This document shows positions 26,283 through 35,730 of a stretch of 64,000 nt of DNA, one piece after another. The notes under the pieces were generated by a model. The model saw only the letters and a list, made by a program, of their open reading frames with translations, was not told the DNA's origin and made no database searches. Position 1 is the first letter of the stretch; the number at the start of each line of letters is the position of its first letter. Source of the stretch: an uncultured Bacteriovorax sp. Lineage in GTDB: Bacteria > Bdellovibrionota > Bacteriovoracia > Bacteriovoracales > Bacteriovoracaceae. The stretch covers positions 19,215-83,214 of the forward strand of contig CAYWBR010000002.1 in the NCBI GenBank assembly GCA_964456675.1, given 5' to 3'. A program made the position numbers and the translations under genes.

Positions 26283-29200
26283 TATAATTCCAAATCTAGT
26301 GGTGCTCCGTGCCTCATAGTATTTATGGCCAGTGATCTGACATTAACAAATTTTAAGTAAATTTGGTAAAAATCATTAAGGTCAAAAGAGTCCTGAATTG
26401 TTAAAATGTGTACCAAACGTTTTCTTACGATATCTCCATAAAGATAAGTTGTGAGCTCGTTAGGCACAGACTCGATTGGTCCGTCATATAATACGTGAGT
26501 TAGTTTTTCATCTCTTAATGCTTTTTTGAAACTTTCTTCAGTCACAAAAAAAGCATCTAGATTTTCTTTAGAAAATCCTGATTTATAAAACAAGTCTAAA
26601 ATATGCGACCAAAATTGATAGCTTTTTTCGTTTCGACAAAGAACACTCACTCCAACACCTGTTGATACAGCAGCAAAAAATTGAAGAAGTGTTTTAATAT
26701 GAGGCCTAGGATTTACGCTCACGACAAGCATATGATCGACATGCATGCGATGATTGTTAACACTAATTTGACCAGGGATCTTTCTATTTGCGTGGTCCTT
26801 TTCAAAGAAGTTTATATAATTTTTACTCATCCACTTTAAGTAATTTCTCACAACTTCTTTTTCACCGGGACGAACGTCGCCCATAAAAGATTCAAATGAA
26901 GATAACAATTGATTTGAAAATTTTTCCATGCGCTCTAATTTTGAACTAAAGCTTAATCGAGATGGTTTAGCGCGCACAATTTCATAGTCACTGCCTTTTT
27001 CGATCAAACAGCGAACTCCTTCAATTACATTAAAAGAAGTTTGATGAAGTGCCTGAATATAATGACGTCCACCTGCTTTTGGGCCTGTTCCAGAAAATTT
27101 AAATCCTCCAAAAGGCTCAATGCCAACTCTTGCTCCAGTGATCGTTCTATTGATATATAAATTCCCACATTCTAGACGATCAACTAAATAATCAATATCG
27201 TCTTGAGATTGAGAAAAAATTCCACCAGTAAGTGCATAATCGGTTGCATTGAATAATTTAATTGCATCATCTAGTTCTTTAAAGCCAATGATGTGTAGTA
27301 CTGGTCCAAAAATTTCTTGCTGGGAAACACTTTCGCTATTTAGAGCTCGATCCATTGGCAATTCAATAATACTTGGCCCAATATCAAATCCTCGACTTTC
27401 ATGGTTGGCACGAGAAAGAACCATTGATCCTTTAAACTCATTCGCTTCAAGTTCTGAAGCCTTCACCATTCGGCGTACTCTTTCTTTGTCTTCTTTCGAA
27501 ATTAGTGGATTTATGCTGGTTTTAAAATCAAGCGCAGACCCCACTGCAATATCAATAGAAGCGGCTTTTAATCTCTCAATTAATTTAGGTTTTAATGATT
27601 CATGAACAATGACTCGTGAACAAGCTGAACATTTCTGGCCAGCATGACCAAATGCAGATGCTAGAATACCAGAGACTGTTTCATCTAATTCGGCATTTTG
27701 AGCGACAATTATGGCATTTTTTCCACCCATTTCCGTAATGGCTTTTACTGGATAAATCTTTTTAAATCGTTTATTTTCGTACACACGTTTTTGAGCTTCA
27801 CGGTGAATATAGGTTCCAACAGCTTTAGATCCAGTAAAAATTATTCCTGAGATGCGTGGGTCCTTCACTAAATAATCCCCTACTACTTCACCAAGACCCG
27901 GTAGGTGAACAAAAGCTCCTTTGGGTACACCGGCCATAAAGAAAATTTTTGCTAGTTCTTCGGCAATTAGCGGAGTTTGCTCAGCAGATTTTAAAATGAC
28001 AGTGTTACCTGCTACTAATGCACCCGCGGCCATACCACATGGGATAGCGAGAGGAAAATTCCAAGGTGCGATTACGGCAATTGGACCTCTTGCAATTAAA
28101 TTATCAAAATTTGTCTGTAAGTAACCTTCTGTACGCGCATAAAAAGTTAAAAAATCGATAGCCTCATCTACGTCTGCCAGGGCTTCATTAACTGTTTTTC
28201 CAGCTTCGTACATGATAAGGGCCGATAGCTCTAATCTTTTTGAAAGCATAATTTCGCTTGCTCTCAAAAGAATTTTTGCTCGAACAATCCACGAAACAAT
28301 AGGCCAGTCTCCTTCATTAAATTCTCTATCGACTATTTTCAGGGCATCTTCTGTGTCATTTGCATCAGCAAAGGCAATCTTTCCCACCGTTATCGCAGAG
28401 TCTGAACTAGAAATAATCTCAACTAGATTATTAGATCTTATATGCGAAAGTTCATAAGTTTTTCCTAATTTATTTGACTCAAAGCTTTTTATTGCCTGAT
28501 TTATTTCACGCAAGTGATCCGCTAAATAAAGCCTTGCAGGACCTACGTTAAAAAATTCTTCGCTCAGTTTTGTTTGGCTTAAGTCTCTATCGATATTACC
28601 CTTTTCTTTTTTCTCTTTATGGGCATCGAGAGGAGATACTAATGATGTCTGCTTTTTATGGGATCTCATTATGGTTAAAACTCCAACCTGCGAAGAGTTT
28701 TCCATAATTCTTCTAACCAAATATGCCATCCCAACTAATAACGAACCTACCGGAACATAATTTCTTACAACCCAACCTTCTTTGGCCAGTGCCGTTGAAA
28801 GCGCTTCATAGGTCATGTGCAAACATTGGTGTTCGATTTTAAAAGATTCAGGGTACATTTTTTCTCTGAGAGCTTCTGCAAATGCATGATCTGAAAAATT
28901 ATGAGATGCCAGACACAGCTTAATATGTTTATGGTTTTTTAACATTTCATGTACAAGTTGGCGAAAATGAATGTCTGTTTCTTCTTTGTTTAAAAACTGA
29001 GGAGCATTAAAGCCATGGGCATCTCCCTCAACGGTTTCAGCATCCCAATAAGCACCTTTGACAATACGAACAGGCATAGAAAAACCGCGTATCTTTGCCA
29101 GCTCTAAAATATCTTTAAAGTGCTTTGCTCCATCTCGTAAGTAAGCCTGAAGAACAATCCCGGTATTACTAAAATCTTTTAACTCTGGTGTTTCTAATAA

Positions 29201-30460
29201 AATGCGCTTCCAAATATCAAAAACTATATCGCGATAATGGTAGTGTTCTGCATCGATATTAATAAACACACAATGCTCTTTCGCCGTTAATAATATTTTT
29301 TTTAAACGAGGAGCAACTAAATGATAGGTATATTCTGGAGCATGGGGCTTAAAATCTGATGCTAGTGCAGATACTTTTATAGATACATGGGCCCTTAAAA
29401 TTCCGGCTGCATTTTCTTCTGCATGCTTTACATGCCGTGAAAATCCTCGAACTAACTTGAGGACTTCTTCCATATAGTGATCGGCTTCACTCTCAGAAAC
29501 AACTAATTCTCCCAATTGGTCTAGAGTTACGTCTCTTCCGGTAACTCTTAAAGCTTTAAGAGACTCGTCTGCAAGCTCAATGCTTTCACCGGCAATAAAT
29601 CTTTTGGCCATAAATCGAACCATAGATCTAACGATTGATGCCAACATTCCTGCAGGTAGAATCTTGCTTGCTTGATAAGATAAATGAATGATCAACGTAA
29701 AATTATTTGGCAATGGTCTTTCTTGACCTTTCTTTTTTAAAATACGTGCTTTTTTATTATCACCTAGAAATCGTTTTAGTGATTCTAATAAAATTCTCTT
29801 TACCTCAACTCCCCTTTTATCGTGGTCAAGAGAAGGTAGAATCGCTAAAAATTTTAAGAGGTGAATTCTCAATAATGCATATTGCGCAGTTAACCCCAGC
29901 GCATAGTCTGAAATCATTTCAAACCAACTTGGTGAGTAGCTATTAACGTGGACAAGTAAGGATTTAACAATTTCTTCGGCCCGACGATCAACTTCTTTTA
30001 AAGTCACAAGATCAATTAAATCTAAAATTTTTGTAATGACTTCACTTTCAGTGGGAAAGTCTTTTACTTTTAGTTTTAATACTGGGTCTACATGGTTTTT
30101 TAATTCTTGGAAAACTGCACTGGATAAGATTTTTCCACTGGAATCTTGATTCGCATGTTGAAGCAAAAATAATTCATTATGCAATCTTGGCGAATAAAAA
30201 CGTATGGCTTTAGCGTTTGGAAAAAAAGCTACCAAATAAGGAACTGTTAAAAAATTAAATTCTTTTCTAAAATCACTATCTAAATTTAAAATATATGTTT
30301 TTAATGTAGAAGCAATATCGGCATGAAGCTCTCTATCCATAAACATATTGTCATGGTAATCAGCATAATAACTTAAACTCCATCCTTCGAATTGCACAGT
30401 TTTTATTGGTGAAAAAATTTTCAAAATAGTTTCAGATGTTACGTTGGTGGTCATGGCCAT
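26282..30460 (-). CDS. putA: Bifunctional proline dehydrogenase / glutamate-semialdehyde dehydrogenase, extended
   Basis: PRODH motifs INIDAE, VLQAYLR, RIVKGAYWD and ASHN. ALDH motifs APWNFPLAI, EMGGKN, GQKCSACSR, QEIFGPV and FGGFKFSG. Confidence 0.95.
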   Translation of the reverse strand: MAMTTNVTSETILKIFSPIKTVQFEGWSLSYYADYHDNMFMDRELHADIASTLKTYILNLDSDFRKEFNFLTVPYLVAFFPNAKAIRFYSPRLHNELFLLQHANQDSSGKILSSAVFQELKNHVDPVLKLKVKDFPTESEVITKILDLIDLVTLKEVDRRAEEIVKSLLVHVNSYSPSWFEMISDYALGLTAQYALLRIHLLKFLAILPSLDHDKRGVEVKRILLESLKRFLGDNKKARILKKKGQERPLPNNFTLIIHLSYQASKILPAGMLASIVRSMVRFMAKRFIAGESIELADESLKALRVTGRDVTLDQLGELVVSESEADHYMEEVLKLVRGFSRHVKHAEENAAGILRAHVSIKVSALASDFKPHAPEYTYHLVAPRLKKILLTAKEHCVFINIDAEHYHYRDIVFDIWKRILLETPELKDFSNTGIVLQAYLRDGAKHFKDILELAKIRGFSMPVRIVKGAYWDAETVEGDAHGFNAPQFLNKEETDIHFRQLVHEMLKNHKHIKLCLASHNFSDHAFAEALREKMYPESFKIEHQCLHMTYEALSTALAKEGWVVRNYVPVGSLLVGMAYLVRRIMENSSQVGVLTIMRSHKKQTSLVSPLDAHKEKKEKGNIDRDLSQTKLSEEFFNVGPARLYLADHLREINQAIKSFESNKLGKTYELSHIRSNNLVEIISSSDSAITVGKIAFADANDTEDALKIVDREFNEGDWPIVSWIVRAKILLRASEIMLSKRLELSALIMYEAGKTVNEALADVDEAIDFLTFYARTEGYLQTNFDNLIARGPIAVIAPWNFPLAIPCGMAAGALVAGNTVILKSAEQTPLIAEELAKIFFMAGVPKGAFVHLPGLGEVVGDYLVKDPRISGIIFTGSKAVGTYIHREAQKRVYENKRFKKIYPVKAITEMGGKNAIIVAQNAELDETVSGILASAFGHAGQKCSACSRVIVHESLKPKLIERLKAASIDIAVGSALDFKTSINPLISKEDKERVRRMVKASELEANEFKGSMVLSRANHESRGFDIGPSIIELPMDRALNSESVSQQEIFGPVLHIIGFKELDDAIKLFNATDYALTGGIFSQSQDDIDYLVDRLECGNLYINRTITGARVGIEPFGGFKFSGTGPKAGGRHYIQALHQTSFNVIEGVRCLIEKGSDYEIVRAKPSRLSFSSKLERMEKFSNQLLSSFESFMGDVRPGEKEVVRNYLKWMSKNYINFFEKDHANRKIPGQISVNNHRMHVDHMLVVSVNPRPHIKTLLQFFAAVSTGVGVSVLCRNEKSYQFWSHILDLFYKSGFSKENLDAFFVTEESFKKALRDEKLTHVLYDGPIESVPNELTTYLYGDIVRKRLVHILTIQDSFDLNDFYQIYLKFVNVRSLAINTMRHGAPLDLEL

Positions 30461-30557
30461 CTCCTAAAAGCTCGTTCAAAATCTAAACGATTTAAGCTAC
30501 CTCAAAAGGGCCAACTTGACAGCAAAATTTAGGAAAAGTTTATGTTTTCTCTGCGAA

Positions 30558-31190
30558 TTAACTATGGATTCGAGTACGAAGTTTTAAGGCCAATTTCATT
30601 AATTCTTTTTGAAAATTTTCTTGCGTCACAACAAGTGTGGCAGATTTTTTAGAAGGCTCAACAAATTGATCGTGCATAGGCTTAACTTGATTATGAAATT
30701 GCTTAAAAACGCCTAAAGGAGTACGCCCTCGCTCTACTACGTCCCGATTTAATCTTCGCTCATAACGTAAATTTTCATCACAATCGATAAAAATCGCTTC
30801 ATCCAACTCACTTCTTACGCTTGGTATTGATAAGATGAGAATGCCATCAACCAAAATGACAGGCTTAGGCTTAAAGGTTATGGTCTTTTCAAGTCGCTTA
30901 TGGGTGGCAAAATCATAAATAGGAACTTCAATCGATTCGCTGCATTTTAATGCTTTCAGGTGTGATGACATTAAATCAAACTCTAAGGATGCTGGATGAT
31001 CAAAATTAACTGTTCCACCATCACCATCAAATTTATGACTTTGATCAATATAATAACTATCTTGTCCTAAAATAGCACACAAATCCTCACCTAGTTGTTC
31101 TGCCAACTTTTTTGCAAAAGTTGTTTTACCAGAACCGCTCCCACCTGCGATACCAACGATAATGCTCGAATGATTATTTTCTAATGTCAT
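30558..31190 (-). CDS. udk: Uridine kinase
   Basis: GIAGGSGSGKTT, NFDHPAS, RRLNRDVVERGR and MHDQFVEPSK motifs. Confidence 0.95.
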   Translation of the reverse strand: MTLENNHSSIIVGIAGGSGSGKTTFAKKLAEQLGEDLCAILGQDSYYIDQSHKFDGDGGTVNFDHPASLEFDLMSSHLKALKCSESIEVPIYDFATHKRLEKTITFKPKPVILVDGILILSIPSVRSELDEAIFIDCDENLRYERRLNRDVVERGRTPLGVFKQFHNQVKPMHDQFVEPSKKSATLVVTQENFQKELMKLALKLRTRIHS

Positions 31191-31258
31191 AGTTAAAAGG
31201 CTAACATCACTTTGTAAATTTGACTATAGGGCCAACTATTACTAAAATTTTATCTTGT

Positions 31259-32431
31259 ATGAATAAAAAACTCTCCTCTTTTGCGCCATTATTTTTAACA
31301 TGTACTTTGTTAGTATCTCCAATATGCAAACGCACTGACGCGCAATTAAAAAGCTACACATTAACCGACTTACTTGCTTTAGAAAGTGAGAAGAACACTG
31401 AGGAATTTTTTTTACACTACCGGGACCTTAGGCCCTCTGAGCGACAGAAACAGTGGCGTGAAATTACTTTAAACATGGGTAATATTTGGCTTACCAAATT
31501 AGTTGACGGCAAAAAATACGATCGAGGCACCTTTCAAGTGCTTGAAGAAAGAAGTGATCTTTTCCCTTTTAAAGACGATGAATTATTTCAATTTAATAAG
31601 CGAAAATACTTAACAGGATACTTTGATAATTGTTATTTAAGAAACTCCCCGTTATGTAGTGAAGACTTGGCCAAAAGTTTAAAATCAACAACTCTTGAAA
31701 GTGAATGGAGTTTTAATTTTTTAATTAAACACTTAAGAAATTTAAAAATTGGAGAAATACAAATTCTAAATAAAAACATAATAAATAGCTCAGATGCTAT
31801 TATTTTTTGTCAAAAAAAAGAATTCTTAAACCCCATTCTTCAGCAATATATCGAAGAAAAATTGAATGTTCATATTGATGGCCAAAACTCAAAGCTTAGT
31901 TTATCTAAATCTTGTCAATTAAAGCTCAAGCCTTTTTTCACAGACTTTATGCTAACAGGTCCTCGACAAAAACGGCTAGACGCTTTTATGTTTCTTGAAG
32001 AAAACAAGCTCATTTCTAGTAACGAGCGCGAGTTATTTTATGTTTCTTACGTTTTAGAAAATGCAGAAATTGGGGAAACTCTTAATCTCGCATGGAACTT
32101 TATTCAAAGCCTTTCAGAAAACTATAATAAAAGAAAAGAAATTCTCAACGAGATATCAAAACAAAGTAAGCTTCCTGGCCAAACAATTTTTAGAACTCCA
32201 AACTATGAAAAACACACTGCCATTATTTCGCTAATGAATAAAAGTTTTCCAGAATACATTGATTTATATGCTGACACTTGTTTAAAAAGCTTAAAAGGCG
32301 AACTACTGCCACCAAAGGTGTCTTCCTGTCATGAGTTTTTCAGCTATAAAAACCTCGATACAAAATGGAAAAATAGCTACCTTGAATTAAAAAGAAAAAT
32401 AGAGGGTAGTAAAACAATAAATCAGTTATAA
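31259..32431 (+). CDS. Exported hypothetical protein
   Basis: ORF 31220..32431. The probable ATG is 31259, followed by a hydrophobic N-terminal segment. No family recognised. Confidence 0.7.
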   Translation: MNKKLSSFAPLFLTCTLLVSPICKRTDAQLKSYTLTDLLALESEKNTEEFFLHYRDLRPSERQKQWREITLNMGNIWLTKLVDGKKYDRGTFQVLEERSDLFPFKDDELFQFNKRKYLTGYFDNCYLRNSPLCSEDLAKSLKSTTLESEWSFNFLIKHLRNLKIGEIQILNKNIINSSDAIIFCQKKEFLNPILQQYIEEKLNVHIDGQNSKLSLSKSCQLKLKPFFTDFMLTGPRQKRLDAFMFLEENKLISSNERELFYVSYVLENAEIGETLNLAWNFIQSLSENYNKRKEILNEISKQSKLPGQTIFRTPNYEKHTAIISLMNKSFPEYIDLYADTCLKSLKGELLPPKVSSCHEFFSYKNLDTKWKNSYLELKRKIEGSKTINQL

Positions 32432-32439
32432 GACAAAAA

Positions 32440-32463
32440 AAAACCCGCCGTGAAGCGGGTTTC
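32440..32463. terminator. Bidirectional intrinsic terminator
   Basis: AAAACCCGC-CGTGAA-GCGGGTTT between convergent genes. Confidence 0.8.
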
Positions 32464-32488
32464 TTATTTCAGTCGTTACAGCTTGAAA

Positions 32489-32941
32489 TTATGATAAGTG
32501 CTTACCAACGATTCCTGCAAGTTCGAACATAGTAACTTCTTTCTTTCCGAAAAGTTTTTGTAACTTATCGTCAGCAAGAATGTTTCTTTTGTTTTTTGGG
32601 TTTTGAAGATTATTTTTCTTAATATAATCCCAAACTTTTTTAACAACTTGTGTTCTTGGAAGTGGCTTGTTTCCTACGATTTCAGCTAAAAGAGCTGATG
32701 GAGTAAGAGCTTTCATGAAAGCTTCATTTGGCTTTCTAGCTTTTTTAACTTTTGGAGCTGCTACTTTTTTAGTAGCTTTTGCTGCTTTTGGAGCTGCTGC
32801 TTTCTTAGTAGCTTTTGGAGCTGCTGCTTTTTTAGTAGCTTTTGGAGCTGCCTTTTTAGTAGCTTTTGGAGCTGCTTTTTTTGTAGCTTTTGGAGCTGCT
32901 TTTTTAGTAGCTTTTGGAGCTGCTTTCTTCTTTACTGCCAT
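32489..32941 (-). CDS. SWIB/MDM2-domain protein with histone-H1-like Lys/Ala N-terminal repeats
   Basis: About seven KKAA(A)PKAT-type repeats, then the SWIB pattern LAEIVG...PRTQVVKKVWDYIKKNNLQNP.NKRNI.AD.KL..LFG. Confidence 0.92.
   Translation of the reverse strand: MAVKKKAAPKATKKAAPKATKKAAPKATKKAAPKATKKAAAPKATKKAAAPKAAKATKKVAAPKVKKARKPNEAFMKALTPSALLAEIVGNKPLPRTQVVKKVWDYIKKNNLQNPKNKRNILADDKLQKLFGKKEVTMFELAGIVGKHLS
32755..32935 (-). repeat. In-frame 24/27-nt tandem repeats encoding KKAAPKAT
   Basis: Repeating TAGTAGCTTTTGGAGCTGC(TGC)TTTTT units inside the CDS. Confidence 0.9.
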
Positions 32942-33192
32942 GATGGACCTCCGTTAAAGTCGACAGCTAATCCGACGTTGTGTTGTTAGTATCTCTTCTA
33001 TTTTCAAAATTTCATATGAAATTTTTATTTTTACTAGGAGAAAAAATCTTCTTCTATTTATTATTGATCGAGAAATTTCAGCTTGTCTATAGGTGAATTT
33101 CTTTTTTTTGCACTTTTTTTTAATTATTCACCAAAAAACTTAATAATTATCTCTCGAACATCTAATACACGAGGAACTTTTCCCTCGAAAAC

Positions 33193-33633
33193 CTACACTA
33201 AATCCTTAACCCACTCCACTACCTGGCCATCTCCAAGCTTCTTCTGAGTCTTTTTATAGCCATGGGATTCATTAAGCGAGTACATTCGAAAATTATCAAT
33301 TCGACAAAAATGGGAAATATGCTTCAACCCTTTTTCTCGTGCAACTTTTTCAAAATATTCTTTTATTTTGTGAGAAAAACCACTCCCCTGATAATTAACT
33401 TTAATCGCAGTGTTCTTAGTATAAAGAGTGTCCTGATCAACCATAAAAAATAGAGCTGCGATAATCTCTTCGTCAACCATTACTGAATAAAGCTCCCAGC
33501 CCTCAGCAACCTCATTGCGAATCTCATCCATGTTCCAATTAAAATCAGGAGAATCAGAAAACGCGTCTATATTGTAGTCGCAAATACTCTGGATATCTTT
33601 TGTTGACTTAGCTTTTTGAAATTTTAGTTTCAC
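33193..33633 (-). CDS. GNAT-family acetyltransferase
   Basis: AIKVNYQGSGFS acetyl-CoA motif and N...GY at the C-terminus. Confidence 0.75.
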   Translation of the reverse strand: MKLKFQKAKSTKDIQSICDYNIDAFSDSPDFNWNMDEIRNEVAEGWELYSVMVDEEIIAALFFMVDQDTLYTKNTAIKVNYQGSGFSHKIKEYFEKVAREKGLKHISHFCRIDNFRMYSLNESHGYKKTQKKLGDGQVVEWVKDLV

Positions 33634-33650
33634 GAATGGCCATCCCTTGC

Positions 33651-33680
33651 AAAAAAACAGGGGCTCCTTGCCCCTTTTTT
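33651..33680. terminator. Probable intrinsic terminator
   Basis: AGGGGC-TCCTT-GCCCCT flanked by A and T tracts, after the cytochrome c stop. Confidence 0.6.
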
Positions 33681-33701
33681 AAATATAGATCTATCTATAG
33701 C

Positions 33702-33998
33702 TTAAAGCTGACTGATGTATGCTGCAAGATCTTTCATATCTTGCGGTGAAAGTTTTGATACAAAGGGAATCATAACCGGATTTTTACGTAAATTACCGTC
33801 TTTGATATCTTGTATTTGTTTTTCTATATACCAATCATACTGTCCACTAAGCTTTGGGGCCTTTTGGGATATATTTCCCTCCCCATTAACTCCGTGGCAC
33901 GCAACACATTGCTTGTACAAGCTTGCCCCTTTTGTTGCATCTTGTGTGTATGCCGTAACTGATAAAGCTAAGAGAAACATTGAAATAACATATTTCAT
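33702..33998 (-). CDS. Monoheme class I cytochrome c (c553/c4-like)
   Basis: Signal peptide, CVACH heme motif, APKLSGQ and distal Met in NPVM. Confidence 0.93.
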   Translation of the reverse strand: MKYVISMFLLALSVTAYTQDATKGASLYKQCVACHGVNGEGNISQKAPKLSGQYDWYIEKQIQDIKDGNLRKNPVMIPFVSKLSPQDMKDLAAYISQL

Positions 33999-34045
33999 AA
34001 CAAAAGACCTCGATGATTAAGTTTCCTTGATTTTACTTCAAAAAA

Positions 34046-34819
34046 TTATTCTACGGCAACCAAATTGATTGGTATTAAAAGTGAATTATCTAACTTATTC
34101 TCAATGATAAACTGAAAAAAAAGCTCTTTGTCTGTAGAAATTCCAATATTGCGCTTAACTAAAAACTCCCATCCATGCTCATTTTTAATTGCTTCAACTG
34201 GAGTAAACACCATTGAATCATTTCCTAAAATCTGACTCCAATCCTTTGCCCAGCTTAAGAAAGCTTCATTTTGAAGCTGGTAATTATTGTTACTAAATCC
34301 CAAGTTCACGTTCTTAAAATGCTTTAAATATATATAAAACTTCTCCATAATCTCTAGCAATAACGTATATTTAAACTCTCTAAGAACGTTATTCAATTCG
34401 AAATTCTTTGAACTATTCGCACAGAAACTATCTTGTTTTTTTAAGTACTCAGCTAATGATTCACTATTTTTTCTTCTCAAAAATGCTTCCCACTCCCTTG
34501 GGTCCAGATCAATAATTGATCTCAATGGCTTTTGCCTTAAAAGATAAAGTAGCGGCCCCATTAGTCGACAAGCACATTTCAGATCTTCATTTTTATCAAC
34601 TTTTCCAGCGGGAAAGCTAAAAAAATCAAAATATACTGCCCTCGGTACAATATCCAAAAAACCTTGCTTACCGTTTGAACTAATACTTTCTTCTATATTT
34701 TTCTTTTCATACCAAAAGACAATTTTTACATTTCCACCAGGACCTGGAAGTTGCACATATATAGGCAATAGTTCCTCTTTTTTTAAAGAAGACTCCATCA
34801 AAGGCTTGCCCAAATCCAA
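34046..34819 (-). CDS. Hypothetical protein, probably with a disrupted 5' end (upstream ATG 34930)
   Basis: 257-aa ORF from a TTG without SD. ATG 34930 is in the same frame, separated by a single TGA at 34831-34829. Confidence 0.65.
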   Translation of the reverse strand: MDLGKPLMESSLKKEELLPIYVQLPGPGGNVKIVFWYEKKNIEESISSNGKQGFLDIVPRAVYFDFFSFPAGKVDKNEDLKCACRLMGPLLYLLRQKPLRSIIDLDPREWEAFLRRKNSESLAEYLKKQDSFCANSSKNFELNNVLREFKYTLLLEIMEKFYIYLKHFKNVNLGFSNNNYQLQNEAFLSWAKDWSQILGNDSMVFTPVEAIKNEHGWEFLVKRNIGISTDKELFFQFIIENKLDNSLLIPINLVAVE

Positions 34820-35005
34820 GCTTCGAAATCAAAATCCCCCCAGTGGTTGGGCCGATATGGGTAAATCGTCGAGGTAGTCTAGTAAATTAAAAATTGAATA
34901 TATAGAGAAGTTTATATTTGCATCTTTCATTGTGAGTTACTATATATGAGAATAAATACATACAAAAGCATATAAACAAAAAATCTAAAAATTAAGTAAA
35001 GATAA

Positions 35006-35728
35006 ATGCAAAAAAAACTTATAACCAAATCCGCCCTATTAGAGCAAAAATTAGACAACCTAAACAATGCCGCCGACATTGTAGTCTTTGGGCCACTTTT
35101 AGATCGTCTCACCAATGAAAAAATCCCAGATAACTGCTTTAGAGTTTTCATTGATGGCGCAGCAAAGTTTGTTTATGATAATTGGCAACTCGTTGAAGAT
35201 GCAAATGTATTAATTATAGGTGATGGTGATTCATTACAAGAAAAAATGACAGAGACCGTGTCATTAGAAAGTTTCGATATTCTCTTGAATAGATCAAAAG
35301 ACTTCAGCGATTTGGCTTACTTCTTAAAACTTCCAATGAACAATGTAAAAACTTTGACACTTTTTGGTTTTTCTGGAGGAGAGCTAGACCATGAACTTAG
35401 TAATATTGGCGAAATTTTTAATTACTTAGAAAATAAAAAATTAATAAACAGTGGCGCTTCTCAAAATGACCTTAGGGTAGTCGTGGATAAAGCCCGCATC
35501 TTTTTGGCCGCTGATGTAGGAATTGACAATTGCGCCGTTCTTGATTTTAAAAGCGGTTTTTCACTTTTTGGCCCTAAAGCCCAAATGATCACGCTAACAG
35601 GTGCAGTTGAATATGCTGGAAATTTTAGCTTAACCCCTTTCTCTTCCCAAGGTCTTAGCAATAAAGCTTTTGGGCAATTCAAGATTACTTACCATCGCCC
35701 GTTACTTGTTATTTTAAATTCCAGATAA
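35006..35728 (+). CDS. thiN: Thiamine pyrophosphokinase-like protein
   Basis: IDGAA, IIGDGDS, KDFSDL and FSGGELDHELSN motifs. Confidence 0.8.
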   Translation: MQKKLITKSALLEQKLDNLNNAADIVVFGPLLDRLTNEKIPDNCFRVFIDGAAKFVYDNWQLVEDANVLIIGDGDSLQEKMTETVSLESFDILLNRSKDFSDLAYFLKLPMNNVKTLTLFGFSGGELDHELSNIGEIFNYLENKKLINSGASQNDLRVVVDKARIFLAADVGIDNCAVLDFKSGFSLFGPKAQMITLTGAVEYAGNFSLTPFSSQGLSNKAFGQFKITYHRPLLVILNSR

Positions 35729-35730
35729 AC

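Noticed and set aside
32755-32935. Regular 24-27-nt repeats suggesting a CRISPR array
   Set aside because: There are no unique spacers. The repeats are in frame and encode KKAAPKAT, and no cas genes are present.
34829-34831. Selenocysteine codon
   Set aside because: There is no CxxU/UxxC-type context, the downstream hairpin is weak and no sel genes are in the window. It is kept only as a minor alternative in the findings.
34820-34880. GC-rich patch initially resembling a tRNA
   Set aside because: No cloverleaf, T-loop or acceptor stem could be built. It is better explained as the disrupted 5' part of the adjacent gene.
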